Shown: positions 10,153 through 19,815 of the stretch, piece after piece
Layout: every line of letters begins with the position of its first letter
Position numbering within the stretch: the stretch's first letter is position 1
IMG/VR virus record: IMGVR_UViG_3300033066_001295
Coordinates: 64,001-128,000 of that record
Length of the DNA stretch: 64,000 nucleotides
Origin: a virus
Taxonomy: Duplodnaviria; Caudoviricetes
Strand: one strand, 5' to 3'
Program-made: the position numbers and the translations under genes
The notes under the pieces: model-generated
Databases searched by the model: none
What the model was told of the DNA's origin: nothing
What the model saw: the letters and a program-made list of their open reading frames with translations, nothing else

Positions 10153-10497
10153 ATGAAGAACGATGCCCTGATTGAGGATAATTTTGCTAGCGGCAGAAAA
10201 TGGCTAAAACTGCCGGACTATGAGAGGGATGCCTCAAAACCGATTGAGGATCAATACAAGGAACTCGAAGAGCACCACCAAAAAGAAGTCGAGGTACTTC
10301 TCAGCGAGATGAGGGGTATCTACTCTGACTTCTCCAGTGCCTTTCTCTTTCTCAAAAAGCTTGAAGGAAGCTTGATACAGGAAAACAAGTATCAAGGGGT
10401 GATGACCCAAAAGTTTCTTGAGTCCTTCGCCTTTAGGTGGGGATGGAATCCAAATGAGGTTCCAATGGTAGAGCACAAGGCCTTGACATCTGAATGA
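10153..10497 (+). CDS. Hypothetical protein
   Basis: Preceded by GTAAGTAT-N8; coupled to 10494-10751. Confidence 0.55.
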   Translation: MKNDALIEDNFASGRKWLKLPDYERDASKPIEDQYKELEEHHQKEVEVLLSEMRGIYSDFSSAFLFLKKLEGSLIQENKYQGVMTQKFLESFAFRWGWNPNEVPMVEHKALTSE

Positions 10498-10841
10498 CTT
10501 ATGTCATAGTCAAGCATGTTATCAGCACAGAGCAGATCGAAAGTGCCAGATGCATTGTCAATGACATTGCAGAGGACATCGACAACAAGGAGAATCGCCG
10601 TGAACTACGCACGGCTCTTGCCATCTATGCTGACCTGTTGAATGATGAGCGTGGAAAGCGTGAGGTCATCAACTCTGACAAGTTGTTAGTACAGCTTGCA
10701 AATCTCAACAAGTCTTTGGAGGAGCTAAAAGATGCCAGACGGAAAAAATGATAATGACGGTTGTGGGTGCCTTGGCTGTCTCTCTCTTATCGTGATAGCG
10801 ATATGGCTTTCTGTACTTGGTGCATGGGGCCTTAAAGAGCT

Positions 10842-11486
10842 ATGGAACCTGATCTTCTAAAAGGCTACACACCACCTTCAGTTCCGTCCTGTGTTCAGAA
10901 CAAACGTAAGAAGGAGCGTGAACTAGCCCGTCAGTGGGTTAGAGCAATGGTGGATGTTGTAGGTGAGTGCTACTGGTGCTCTGTTCCGCTAAGGGACACA
11001 CTCAAGAGCACTATAGATCACGTCATTCCAGTTTCCAAAGGAGGCACATCGGAGCTTCACAACATTGTTCTGTGCTGTAACCAGTGCAACAATGCCAAAA
11101 AGAATCATGAGAGCCTGATATGGGGTGCCAGACTTGTTCATTGGGCTATAAGATACATCCGTGAACGAAAAAATGAGTTTTCATGGAAGGACATCTATGG
11201 TCTGATAAAGTCAAAACCTGCTGTCACTGTCGAACACTCCAAAAGAAGGCCTATAGGTGAAGGTGTCATCAAAGAGGTAATGCGGAGGGGTGAGAGTAAA
11301 TCAGCGAAAACTCTTCGTGAGCGTTACTCCCCATTGCTGGAACCTTTTGAGCCTATGATGCATGTCAGGCATGGGTATGACAAGCACGTGCTCAAACGCC
11401 TGAATGACGCAAGAGAGAATCCAGCGGTAGCAAGGTATCAGCCACCAGAGAGCTTGCCGACCATGGGAAACATATGGCCGACGTAG
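10842..11486 (+). CDS. HNH endonuclease
   Basis: CYWC...TIDHVIPVSKGG...NIVLCCNQCNNAK. Confidence 0.88.
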   Translation: MEPDLLKGYTPPSVPSCVQNKRKKERELARQWVRAMVDVVGECYWCSVPLRDTLKSTIDHVIPVSKGGTSELHNIVLCCNQCNNAKKNHESLIWGARLVHWAIRYIRERKNEFSWKDIYGLIKSKPAVTVEHSKRRPIGEGVIKEVMRRGESKSAKTLRERYSPLLEPFEPMMHVRHGYDKHVLKRLNDARENPAVARYQPPESLPTMGNIWPT

Positions 11487-12098
11487 AACCAAAGGGGCCA
11501 TTCTGCATTGAGGTGAAAGAATGCGGTGTGTGGATGGAGACAACAGATGTTCCCACACTAGCCGAAGCACTGAAGGAGGCCTCTTTCCTGTGTAACTCTT
11601 TTCCTGAAGAGCGTATCAGAATATCGACAGGTGACTTCAAATTGTTATAGCTTGACAAGCAATAACAGATGGCCTACCCGTCAAGATGACTATTCGACAA
11701 GAGTTTCCCGTTGGAGTTACACGCGAAGAACTGCTATCTGCCATCTCTTCTGAGTATGGCAAAATGCTGGTAGCTTCCAATAAGGGCGACCGGGTTGGCA
11801 TCTCTACATCATCACTAAACATTGCCTGTCTGGCCATGAAGATGGATGAGTATTTTGGTGTCAAAGACAGCCTTGAGATACCGGCTGAACCCACAAAGCT
11901 TTTCACCCATGTCGAAGACAAAGACTTGTAAAATCAAGGTCATACCAAGACTGGCTAAAGGCCTGCGCTACAAGGTGTGGTTGGTTGAGAACAAGTGGGG
12001 TGGAACTAGCAACCCCATGGGCAAGAGAAGGGCCTTGAAGCTGGTTGAACCGGGCTGCTGCTTGATTCAAACATGGAGTTGTGTATCAGTCAAAAACC

Positions 12099-12740
12099 AT
12101 GAAAAGTGCTACTGAGCTATTTGATACCACTTGCCACTTTGGCAAACCGATAAGGACCAAAGCTGCCTGCCGTAATGCTATCGGACGGGTGGCTGAAGTT
12201 TTTGTGTCGAGGTCCCTTGATGTTGACATACTTCCGGTGGACGGAAGCAAAAAAGTCTGCCCGGATTTTGAAGGCGGGGAGATCAAGTCAGTAGGCAAGA
12301 GCAATTCAGTTATGCTATACCAGTGGAGGTTAAGCAAGGAGGCTGAGAGCTTTGACCCGAAGGACTACTTCTATGTCTTTGTCAGGCACACCTGCCCTAT
12401 CACCATCACCAACACGGCTGAGATTGTTGAACACTTTGCCAAAAATACACCAAGGCTTATCTGTACCAGCCTGCATGAGCTTCTCAGTATAACACGAGGT
12501 ATCAAGCCAAAGAAATTCAAGTGGTTTGGAGATCAAACTGTTGACCAAAGAATCGGTTATTACAGAAAAGGGTATGATCAAGGTGGGTGGCAATTTTCGC
12601 TTTCCCGGCTGAAGATAGTTCAGGGAGGGTACCGAACATGCAAGTGGAATGGCAGTGACATCGGTGTCAGGTTATTTGCCACAAAAGGCGCAAAGAAGTT
12701 TCTGAAAAATCAGTTTACCCTTCGAGATGAAATTCACTGA
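12099..12740 (+). CDS. PD-(D/E)xK nuclease-like protein
   Basis: GRVAE...CPDFEGGEIKS catalytic-like pattern. Confidence 0.5.
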   Translation: MKSATELFDTTCHFGKPIRTKAACRNAIGRVAEVFVSRSLDVDILPVDGSKKVCPDFEGGEIKSVGKSNSVMLYQWRLSKEAESFDPKDYFYVFVRHTCPITITNTAEIVEHFAKNTPRLICTSLHELLSITRGIKPKKFKWFGDQTVDQRIGYYRKGYDQGGWQFSLSRLKIVQGGYRTCKWNGSDIGVRLFATKGAKKFLKNQFTLRDEIH

Positions 12741-13196
12741 TAATGGCCTGTCAGCGGAGAAGTATTGGTGGACGAGTGAGTTTACCGAAGGTGGTGGTAC
12801 CTCAAATACCACTTCAACGTATATTCTCAGTCCATATTATGAGGATATTACACTTCATCAGGCTAAAAAAGACCCCCCATGTAAGCACAATTGGAGAAAT
12901 AAGTGGAAAAATCCCAAAAAGAGAGAACAGTACTGCACCAAATGTCCAGCGACAAGACTCTAAAGAAATATGTTGTAACCCACTCGGGTTGGTTTCTCCT
13001 TTGCCCTGTGTGGTTGGCAGATTTTGACAAGCCTGACATTGTGCCTATCCCAAAAGGCAGAATGTGGTGGCTGTTTGATCTCATGACAGCCCTTCAGCAA
13101 GGCCTGAACTTCATCATTGGTTTGTTCAAACCAGACTCCTGTGGGTTCGTGTTTCATCGAGTTCAGGAGGTGCCAAAATTTGAGATGGACGTTTAG

Positions 13197-13204
13197 GTAT
13201 CTAT
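13197..13204 (+). promoter_or_regulatory. Candidate late promoter motif GTAnnTAT
   Basis: GTATCTAT-CAAG-ATG(13209). Confidence 0.45.
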
Positions 13205-13208
13205 CAAG

Positions 13209-13763
13209 ATGCATCTGTCATCTACACATTTTGTAGCCTTGTTTGAGGGCTGGAAGGAAACTGAGAAAGCCCGTGCTGAGGCACGAAAGCTTACAGATAC
13301 AAACCCTTCCGAAGAGCAGAAAATGGCAGGCAACTATGCCAAAGGGAAGTTCTGGTGGAATGCGATGGAAATATCCATTGAGAACCCAAAAGGTTCAGTG
13401 CGGCGTGGGAAGGACAAGAAGGGTGTCGAATGGGAGACCAAGATGCCCGCTGATTATGGCTATATCCGTAGAACTGAATCGGAAGCGGATGGTGATCACA
13501 TTGATGTCTTCATTGGGGATGATTTGTCCTCACCCATGGTGTGGATTGTGAATCAGATGAACCCAGACAACGGACGCTTTGATGAGCACAAGTGTGTGAT
13601 TGGAGTGGTGCTTGAGAAGGACGCAAAGGAGCTTTATCGTAACGCTTACACTAAAAGCTGGACAGGTATGGGGACAGTTGTTGGAATGACTGTGGATCAG
13701 TTTAGGCTATGGGTAGAAAAGGGTGACACATCAAAAGAGGTACCTGAGAAATGGATTTTCTGA
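13209..13763 (+). CDS. Inorganic pyrophosphatase-like domain (type found in phage/plasmid polyvalent proteins), FxxLFE-tagged
   Basis: ISIENPKGSVRRG...MPADYGYI...DGDHIDVFIG...FDEHKC; N-terminal FVALFE. Confidence 0.75.
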   Translation: MHLSSTHFVALFEGWKETEKARAEARKLTDTNPSEEQKMAGNYAKGKFWWNAMEISIENPKGSVRRGKDKKGVEWETKMPADYGYIRRTESEADGDHIDVFIGDDLSSPMVWIVNQMNPDNGRFDEHKCVIGVVLEKDAKELYRNAYTKSWTGMGTVVGMTVDQFRLWVEKGDTSKEVPEKWIF

Positions 13764-13848
13764 AGAAACTTTGTGCGCTTATACTGAAAAAATTCAAGTG
13801 TAAAAAACCTCCGTCACCACCTTCAAATCTGAAGTGGGAGATTGATTC

Positions 13849-14097
13849 ATGGGACGAGTAGTTCACTGCAAAAAGTCCAAGTACGACGTGTACATTGGTC
13901 GTGGTGGTATCTGGGGTAACCCTTTTGTAGAAGGGCGTGACGGCTCTCGGGCTGAGGTGATAGAGAAATACCGTGAGTATCTTCTAGCAAATCCAGTGTT
14001 GATGAGCAAGCTGCCATCACTCAAAGGCAAGGTTCTCGGCTGTTGGTGCTCACCCAAGCCATGCCACGGGGACGTTTTAGCAGAGCTATCAAGTTGA
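13849..14097 (+). CDS. DUF4326 family protein
   Basis: YDVYIGR...WGNPF...LKGKVLGCWCSPKPCHGDVL. Confidence 0.85.
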   Translation: MGRVVHCKKSKYDVYIGRGGIWGNPFVEGRDGSRAEVIEKYREYLLANPVLMSKLPSLKGKVLGCWCSPKPCHGDVLAELSS

Positions 14098-14121
14098 CAG
14101 GAAGCACCTTGTTGTTATAAT
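14094..14121 (+). promoter_or_regulatory. Sigma70-type early promoter
   Basis: TTGACA-N16-TATAAT-N5-ATG(14127). Confidence 0.75.
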
Positions 14122-14126
14122 GTGGC

Positions 14127-14366
14127 ATGTCTGATATTGAATGGAAAACTCGCGAAGAAGTTCCTGAACATGACAGGAAAGTTCTCGCTTTCTCACCTGT
14201 CTATCCAGTTGGTCACCCAACCCGTTTCCGCATTTTGGACGGACAGTTTGTCCGCATCTGTGACGAAATTGAGAAGTGGTTTTACCTCGAAGACATCGCC
14301 CCCTGTCAGGATGAGTGTGAGGAAGCTGAATATGAGGTGGCTTTACCCAGAACTTTGAGGAGCTAA
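14127..14366 (+). CDS. Hypothetical protein
   Basis: Directly downstream of a consensus promoter. Confidence 0.6.
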   Translation: MSDIEWKTREEVPEHDRKVLAFSPVYPVGHPTRFRILDGQFVRICDEIEKWFYLEDIAPCQDECEEAEYEVALPRTLRS

Positions 14367-14750
14367 ATGAAAATACCAAAACTGTCAGACAACCCCACAA
14401 TCGGTGAAACACTTGGTTTTGCCATGAAGATCACCAATCAAGAGCAGGCCGACGCATGGTTTGAAATTCTTGTGCAAGATGGCATCAAAAGAAGGGGTGA
14501 CCTCCTTGTAAAGTTCAAGGACAATGAGAACCCAGCTTTCCGTGTCAGGTCTGAGATTGAAAAGATCATCAGAGGCAACCTCGGCTATTACGCCGGATAC
14601 TATGACCATGAAACCCGTGCTCGGGTTGAACGTCTGTTCAAGTGCTCACACCCAGTCTTTGGCTCTATCGAAGCCAATGGTGCTCCGTCTCCAGAAGAAG
14701 CCTTCAAAAAAGGTTTGGAGTTGGGATTAAAACATTTGACGGAAGTCTGA
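14367..14750 (+). CDS. Phage hypothetical protein
   Basis: NLGYYAGYYD...HPVFG motif. Confidence 0.65.
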   Translation: MKIPKLSDNPTIGETLGFAMKITNQEQADAWFEILVQDGIKRRGDLLVKFKDNENPAFRVRSEIEKIIRGNLGYYAGYYDHETRARVERLFKCSHPVFGSIEANGAPSPEEAFKKGLELGLKHLTEV

Positions 14751-14763
14751 CTTTTGATATAGT
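14736..14763 (+). promoter_or_regulatory. Early promoter (conserved-spacer class)
   Basis: TTGACG-GAAGTCTGACTTTTGA-TATAGT-N6-ATG(14770). Confidence 0.7.
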
Positions 14764-14769
14764 GTCTGC

Positions 14770-14982
14770 ATGACACCGTCTGAAAAGTCGCCTGAAATTG
14801 AAAAAGCCCTGAAGGATGTTTTTGGGGTAGATAGGCAGGAATCAATTCGTGCAAACACCTGCGTTGCCCCTCCAATTGGCTGTGGAAAGCCGATCACTGC
14901 TTTTCGTGATGAGACATCCCGTCGTGAGTTCACAATCTCCGGCCTCTGCCAAGACTGCCAAGACAAAATTTTCGGAGCATGA
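14770..14982 (+). CDS. Small Zn-binding phage protein
   Basis: C...GCGK...FRD..S.REF.ISGLCQDCQD.IF. Confidence 0.7.
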   Translation: MTPSEKSPEIEKALKDVFGVDRQESIRANTCVAPPIGCGKPITAFRDETSRREFTISGLCQDCQDKIFGA

Positions 14983-15341
14983 AAACCTACACCAATAATG
15001 ACCTCTGGGATTGTGGTGAGTACACCAAACCTTGGTTGCTGCCGCCGCTGGAACCGGGCATGACATCTTTGAATGACCCTGTTGAGATCAAGCCAAGATG
15101 TGAGTATTACCATTACTCAAACCCGAGAAGTCAGGGAGCCTTGATTTGTGAGACAAGTGGTTTTCCTGCTGGCTTTTTTAAGGACACCGAAAGTTACTTA
15201 CCTGAAGATGAGCTAAAGAGGTTTGCCAAGGTGGCTCTTAACCTACCCTGCACCCCAACACATGTCAGAGTTGTACACTGGTACAACGTGGCTACGGGTT
15301 ATAGCTGCCCAACTGTCGAAGCAATTTATCCAAAACAATAA
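14979..15341 (+). CDS. Hypothetical protein
   Basis: ATGA-coupled. Confidence 0.55.
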   Translation: MKTYTNNDLWDCGEYTKPWLLPPLEPGMTSLNDPVEIKPRCEYYHYSNPRSQGALICETSGFPAGFFKDTESYLPEDELKRFAKVALNLPCTPTHVRVVHWYNVATGYSCPTVEAIYPKQ

Positions 15342-15344
15342 ATC

Positions 15345-16280
15345 ATGGGAAGAGAACTAAAAAGAGTACCGCTGGATTTTGACTGGCCTTTGAACAAGCC
15401 TTGGAAGGGTTTTATCAACCCGCTCTATGTGGCCAAAGACTGCACCCACTGTAAAGGCAGAGGCGAATCGCCAAAAGCAAAGCACCTCAGTGACCAGTGG
15501 TATGGCTATGCGCCTTTCAAACCGGAAGATCGTGGCAGCAAGCCTTTCTCTTCAACGGAAGGTCCCGTGTATGAGTTTGCCAAGAGGCAGGTAGCTCGAA
15601 ACCCAGACTTCTTCTGCCGTGGAGGCCTACTGCCAGAGAGTATAGCCATTCAACGTGAGGCTGAGAGGCTTTGTGACCTGTGGAACCATCAGTGGTGCCA
15701 CCACCTCAATGCTGATGATGTGAAAGCTTTGATAGCTAAAGACAGGCTTTGGGACTTCACACGCACTCCACGGACTGATGAACAGCGTGAGATTGTGAAG
15801 GAAAAAGTGGCCAAAGGGGAAAACTCGTGGCTCCCAGAGAATAATGGTTATACCCCAACACCTGAAGAAGTGAATGCATGGAGCATTTGTGGCTTCGGGC
15901 ATGACTCCCTTAACTCGTGGGTTGTCATAGAGGCTGAGTGCAAACGCCTTGGTGTCGATTCCATCTGCAAGTTCTGCAAGGGCAAGGGTGCCATTTGGCC
16001 CAGTGACGAAGCTGAAAAGGCTTATGACAACTGGGAAAAGGAGGAACCACCAACTGGCGAAGGCTATCAGGTGTGGGAAACTGTGAGTGAAGGTTCGCCT
16101 GTAACACCAGTATTTGACACCCCAGAAAAGCTGGCCGACTGGTTGGTTGAAAATGACACTTCAATCACAAAAAACACCACTCGTGAACAGTGGTTGGCTT
16201 TCATCAATGGTCCCGGATGGGCACCCAGCTTTATCTCAGACTCCAAAGGACTAAGAACAGGAGTAGAAGCTATCTCATGA
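15345..16280 (+). CDS. Phage hypothetical protein with two CxxCxGxG motifs
   Basis: MGRELKRVPLDFDWP; CTHCKGRG and CKFCKGKG; YQVWETVSEGSPVTPVF. Confidence 0.75.
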   Translation: MGRELKRVPLDFDWPLNKPWKGFINPLYVAKDCTHCKGRGESPKAKHLSDQWYGYAPFKPEDRGSKPFSSTEGPVYEFAKRQVARNPDFFCRGGLLPESIAIQREAERLCDLWNHQWCHHLNADDVKALIAKDRLWDFTRTPRTDEQREIVKEKVAKGENSWLPENNGYTPTPEEVNAWSICGFGHDSLNSWVVIEAECKRLGVDSICKFCKGKGAIWPSDEAEKAYDNWEKEEPPTGEGYQVWETVSEGSPVTPVFDTPEKLADWLVENDTSITKNTTREQWLAFINGPGWAPSFISDSKGLRTGVEAIS

Positions 16281-16750
16281 GCACAATACCCACAACACCA
16301 ACACAAGACGTAACTGTCGGAACCCTCGAATATCACAAGAAGAGGGCGGCGGCGGCAACCAAGGACTTCAATGACTTCACCGATCCGAAGGGGTTTACGC
16401 CGGGTGATGTCCATTACTTCAACATCACTGACTGGGGCCTGCTTATCTATGTCCTGAGAGGCTACGCTTTGCTGGTTGACAAGGACAATAAGTCACAAAA
16501 AAAGGCCGTAACCATAGTGGCGTCATGTATGAATGATGCTAAAAAGGTGATCGCTAAGACGAGGGAACTTAACTGCAAGGGCACCAGCCCTCTTGCTGAT
16601 TGGCAGACCTGTGTCGAAAAAGCCCTTCAAGAACTGTACCCACACTGCCTCTTTGTGGAACTTGCCCCACCAAATTTTGACACAGAAAAAGCGTCTATAA
16701 CATTCTGCTATGATGACATCGGAGTAGTGGAAGAGCCAGCAACAGTTTAA
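16277..16750 (+). CDS. Hypothetical protein
   Basis: ATGA-coupled start MSTIPTT. Confidence 0.55.
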   Translation: MSTIPTTPTQDVTVGTLEYHKKRAAAATKDFNDFTDPKGFTPGDVHYFNITDWGLLIYVLRGYALLVDKDNKSQKKAVTIVASCMNDAKKVIAKTRELNCKGTSPLADWQTCVEKALQELYPHCLFVELAPPNFDTEKASITFCYDDIGVVEEPATV

Positions 16751-16773
16751 TCAACACAACACACACAACACAC

Positions 16774-17397
16774 ATGAAAACAGCACTCGGTATTATCGGC
16801 GTCCTCGCAGGCATTGTCCTCGTCGTGGGCGGAATCATCGGCCTCACTCTCATCGGCACCTACAACGGGATGGTCGGTGGTGAACAGGCAGTCAATCAGT
16901 CATGGTCTCAGGTTCAAAACGTCTATCAGCGGCGTGCGGACCTTGTTCCAAACCTCGTTGCCACCGTCAAGGGGGCGGCACAGTTTGAGCAATCGACCCT
17001 CACTGCAATCACAGAAGCTCGCGCCAGCGTCGGCAAGTTGAACATCAGTTCCTCACAAGCTCCGACAACGGCAGATGAACTCCAGAAGTTTCAGCAAGCC
17101 CAAGGTCAACTTGGATCAGCTTTGTCACGTCTTCTGGTTGTCTCTGAGAACTACCCGCAGCTTCGGGCTACATCCAACTTTGCCACCCTGCAAGCTCAGC
17201 TTGAAGGCACAGAGAACCGGATTAGCGTGGAACGCAGAAGCTTCACTGAGGCTGTCCAAACCTATAACAACAAGGTCAAAGGCTTCCCCGGTGTGTTTCT
17301 AGCCGGTGTATTCGGTTTCGCACCGAAGCCTTACTTTGAAGCGGACCAAGGTGCTGACAAGGCACCGAAAGTGGACTTCAACGTCAGCAAGAACTGA
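16774..17397 (+). CDS. lemA: LemA family membrane protein
   Basis: N-terminal TM; WSQVQNVYQRRADLVPNLVATVKG; ENYPQLRA; QLEGTENRISVER. Confidence 0.95.
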   Translation: MKTALGIIGVLAGIVLVVGGIIGLTLIGTYNGMVGGEQAVNQSWSQVQNVYQRRADLVPNLVATVKGAAQFEQSTLTAITEARASVGKLNISSSQAPTTADELQKFQQAQGQLGSALSRLLVVSENYPQLRATSNFATLQAQLEGTENRISVERRSFTEAVQTYNNKVKGFPGVFLAGVFGFAPKPYFEADQGADKAPKVDFNVSKN

Positions 17398-17497
17398 TGA
17401 AAAAAGTTCTCACCTTGGCTGTGGTCATCTTGGCCACAGCCATTGCTTACAAAGCACTCTGCTATCTCCCTGCATTTCTTCCACCTCAAACACTACC

Positions 17498-18250
17498 ATG
17501 AAAAAATTTCTTCTCCTAGCCTTATCGGCACTCTCGCTGCAAGCCTTTGCTGCTGAAAAACTCCCCCCAAGCCCTGAGCACTACTTCAACGACTATGCTG
17601 GACTCGTCAGCAAATCTACTGCCGACAGTCTCGAAGCCAAGCTTGTTGATCTCGAAAAACGGACCACGATTCAGTTCGTGGTGGCAACTTTCCCAACTCT
17701 TGAATCTGACTCACAAGTTACAGACTATGCCCAACGGGTCATGCAGTCATGGCATGTAGGCCAAAAGAAGACAAACAACGGTGTCACCCTGTTTATCTTC
17801 CTGAAGAACAAGGCAGGGAAAACTGACACGGTGATTCAAACTGGCTACGGCCTTGAAGGTGCCCTTCCTGATGCTACGTGCAAAGCCATCATTGACAACG
17901 ACATCAGACCCCATGTCAGAGCCGCTAAAGCTAACGGCAGTCAGTCAGAGTGGAATGCTGCTCTAACAAGTGGGGTAAACTCAGTCATCAAAGCTGCCCA
18001 AGGTGAATACAAAGCAGAGACCAGTTCACCGGATGTTGAGACACTGAAAAAAATTATCAGGCGGTTTTTCATCATCATCGTCTGCATCGTCATTCTCATG
18101 GTAATCATTGCCATCCTCGGTGGTGGAGGTAGCTACAGTAGCGGTGGTTATAGCAGTGGAGGAAGCTGGGGTAGCAGTAGCGGTGGCGGCGGAGGCTTTT
18201 CTGGTGGCGGAGGCTCCTGTGGAGGCGGCGGTGCCAGCGGTTCTGATTGA
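17498..18250 (+). CDS. TPM (DUF477) domain membrane protein with Gly-rich tail
   Basis: Signal peptide MKKFLLLALSA; NDYAGLVS; W.VGQKK.NNGV; TGYGLEGALPD; TM then GGGFSGGGG.GGGGASG. Confidence 0.9.
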   Translation: MKKFLLLALSALSLQAFAAEKLPPSPEHYFNDYAGLVSKSTADSLEAKLVDLEKRTTIQFVVATFPTLESDSQVTDYAQRVMQSWHVGQKKTNNGVTLFIFLKNKAGKTDTVIQTGYGLEGALPDATCKAIIDNDIRPHVRAAKANGSQSEWNAALTSGVNSVIKAAQGEYKAETSSPDVETLKKIIRRFFIIIVCIVILMVIIAILGGGGSYSSGGYSSGGSWGSSSGGGGGFSGGGGSCGGGGASGSD

Positions 18251-18291
18251 CATCTAACAAAACACACCTAACTTTTAACGTCTAACACACA

Positions 18292-18603
18292 ATGAAGTAC
18301 GAACTATCCAAGCAATACAAACGGGGGGCAGAAGTTGACTACCAAGGGCTTCTCTATGAGGCGACCACAAATGTCCCTGCTGGCATATCCCCGTCACATT
18401 TGACCTACTGGAGGCGCAAAGACAGTGCCTCTACATCAAGGGCTTCGTCAGATGACGACAGTGAAAGCTCATTCCGTTCAAGCTCGTTCTCAAGCTCGTC
18501 CGGTTATAGCTCGTCCGATAGCTCATCCTATGATTCTGGATCATCTGGGTTTGACAGCGGTGGCGGAGACTGTGGAGGCGGCGGTGCCAGTGGTTCTGAC
18601 TAG
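18292..18603 (+). CDS. CBM5/12-like beta domain fused to a TPM-type Ser/Gly tail
   Basis: YKRGAEVDYQGLLYEA...P....W; ends CGGGGASGSD like the upstream gene. Confidence 0.55.
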   Translation: MKYELSKQYKRGAEVDYQGLLYEATTNVPAGISPSHLTYWRRKDSASTSRASSDDDSESSFRSSSFSSSSGYSSSDSSSYDSGSSGFDSGGGDCGGGGASGSD

Positions 18604-18811
18604 CCATGCCAACTAACGACACACCGATCCATCTCGGTAAGGCGTCACAGGAAATCCCTGTGACGCTTTTTCAGGACCATCTTGATGGCTTATGCACCTT
18701 GATTCATTTCTGCAATGGGTTAGCGGCTTCCGGGAACGGTGAGGTTCCCGGCTCCTTTGAACTGGTCATGCACTACCGGGAGCTTAAATCAAGAGTAAAC
18801 GCCAGTAAGAA

Positions 18812-19258
18812 ATGAGTGAGTATATCAAACCCGGTGGGTGTAAAAAGGGTTACCTGTACAGGGTTTCGTCAAGGAACCTTAACAAGGCTGTTTTTGATGG
18901 AGATAATGGCTTCATAGGCATCCGAGAAAAATTCGGAGCTAGGTACCTCTTCAAGGAATATCACAAAGACACCGACAAGAACTTTGGCACCGTATTACCT
19001 CTTGAGGAGCTAAAGAAAGTGCCAAGTAGCATACCAATCACTGCCCAGCTTGAGCACGAACATGGTAACTTGTGGGGCAAACGTGGTGACACATGGGTGC
19101 CGATTATCAGCAGGAACCTCAAAAAAGATGAAGCTGCCCATGGCGGAAGGCAAGGTTTTGTTGACCTATGGGCTGATACAGGTGAAAGAACCGGCGATCA
19201 TGAGTACCCAAAAATCAGGGGCAATGACAAACTGATGAAGTGGCTTGAAAAACAATGA
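18812..19258 (+). CDS. Hypothetical protein
   Basis: SRNL...FIGIREKFG..YLF.EYH pattern. Confidence 0.6.
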   Translation: MSEYIKPGGCKKGYLYRVSSRNLNKAVFDGDNGFIGIREKFGARYLFKEYHKDTDKNFGTVLPLEELKKVPSSIPITAQLEHEHGNLWGKRGDTWVPIISRNLKKDEAAHGGRQGFVDLWADTGERTGDHEYPKIRGNDKLMKWLEKQ

Positions 19259-19815
19259 GCAGACCCCTAGCACCTGACGGTGGAAATGATCGAATCTACA
19301 CACCAAGATACATCGCAAATGGTCTGGTAAAGCACTTCAAACCTTCAGGTTATATGCTGGAGCCTTGTGCAGGTAGGGCAGACTATCAGCCCTTCTATGA
19401 TGCTCTAAGGCATAGATCAAGCTATGTTGAATGGTGCGAGATAGACTTGGAGAGAGACTTCTTTGAGTGGGGCACGTCCGTTGACTGGATCGTGACAAAC
19501 CCACCTTGGGGCAAGTTTAGGCGATTCCTCCAGCATAGCATGGAGGTGGCTGACAACATCGTTTTCTTGTGCCTTACCAATGCTTGGTACATGAAGGCAA
19601 GACAGCGTGACATCAAAGAAGCTGGCTTTGGTCTTGTCGAGATAGCACACATTGAAACCCCACCGGCACCATGGCCACAAGCTGGATTCCAACTTGGGGC
19701 TGGATGGTTAAGACGTGGGTGGAAAGGCAGCACCTATGTCCATGACTTGGTTATACCGGCTGAAGAAGACCACTTGGAAGCTTCTGTCCATAACCTGTCA
19801 CTCCAGTGTTCATGA
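19255..19815 (+). CDS. Amino (N6A/N4C) DNA methyltransferase
   Basis: YTP, LEPCAG (motif I), IVTNPPW (motif IV). Confidence 0.8.
   Translation: MSRPLAPDGGNDRIYTPRYIANGLVKHFKPSGYMLEPCAGRADYQPFYDALRHRSSYVEWCEIDLERDFFEWGTSVDWIVTNPPWGKFRRFLQHSMEVADNIVFLCLTNAWYMKARQRDIKEAGFGLVEIAHIETPPAPWPQAGFQLGAGWLRRGWKGSTYVHDLVIPAEEDHLEASVHNLSLQCS

Noticed and set aside
17306-17497. N-terminal extension of the TPM ORF given in the track
   Set aside because: It overlaps lemA, and a clear signal peptide starts at ATG 17498
12099-19815. Restriction-modification pair (PD-(D/E)xK protein plus methyltransferase)
   Set aside because: The genes are 6.5 kb apart with no evidence of linkage, and the nuclease call is tentative
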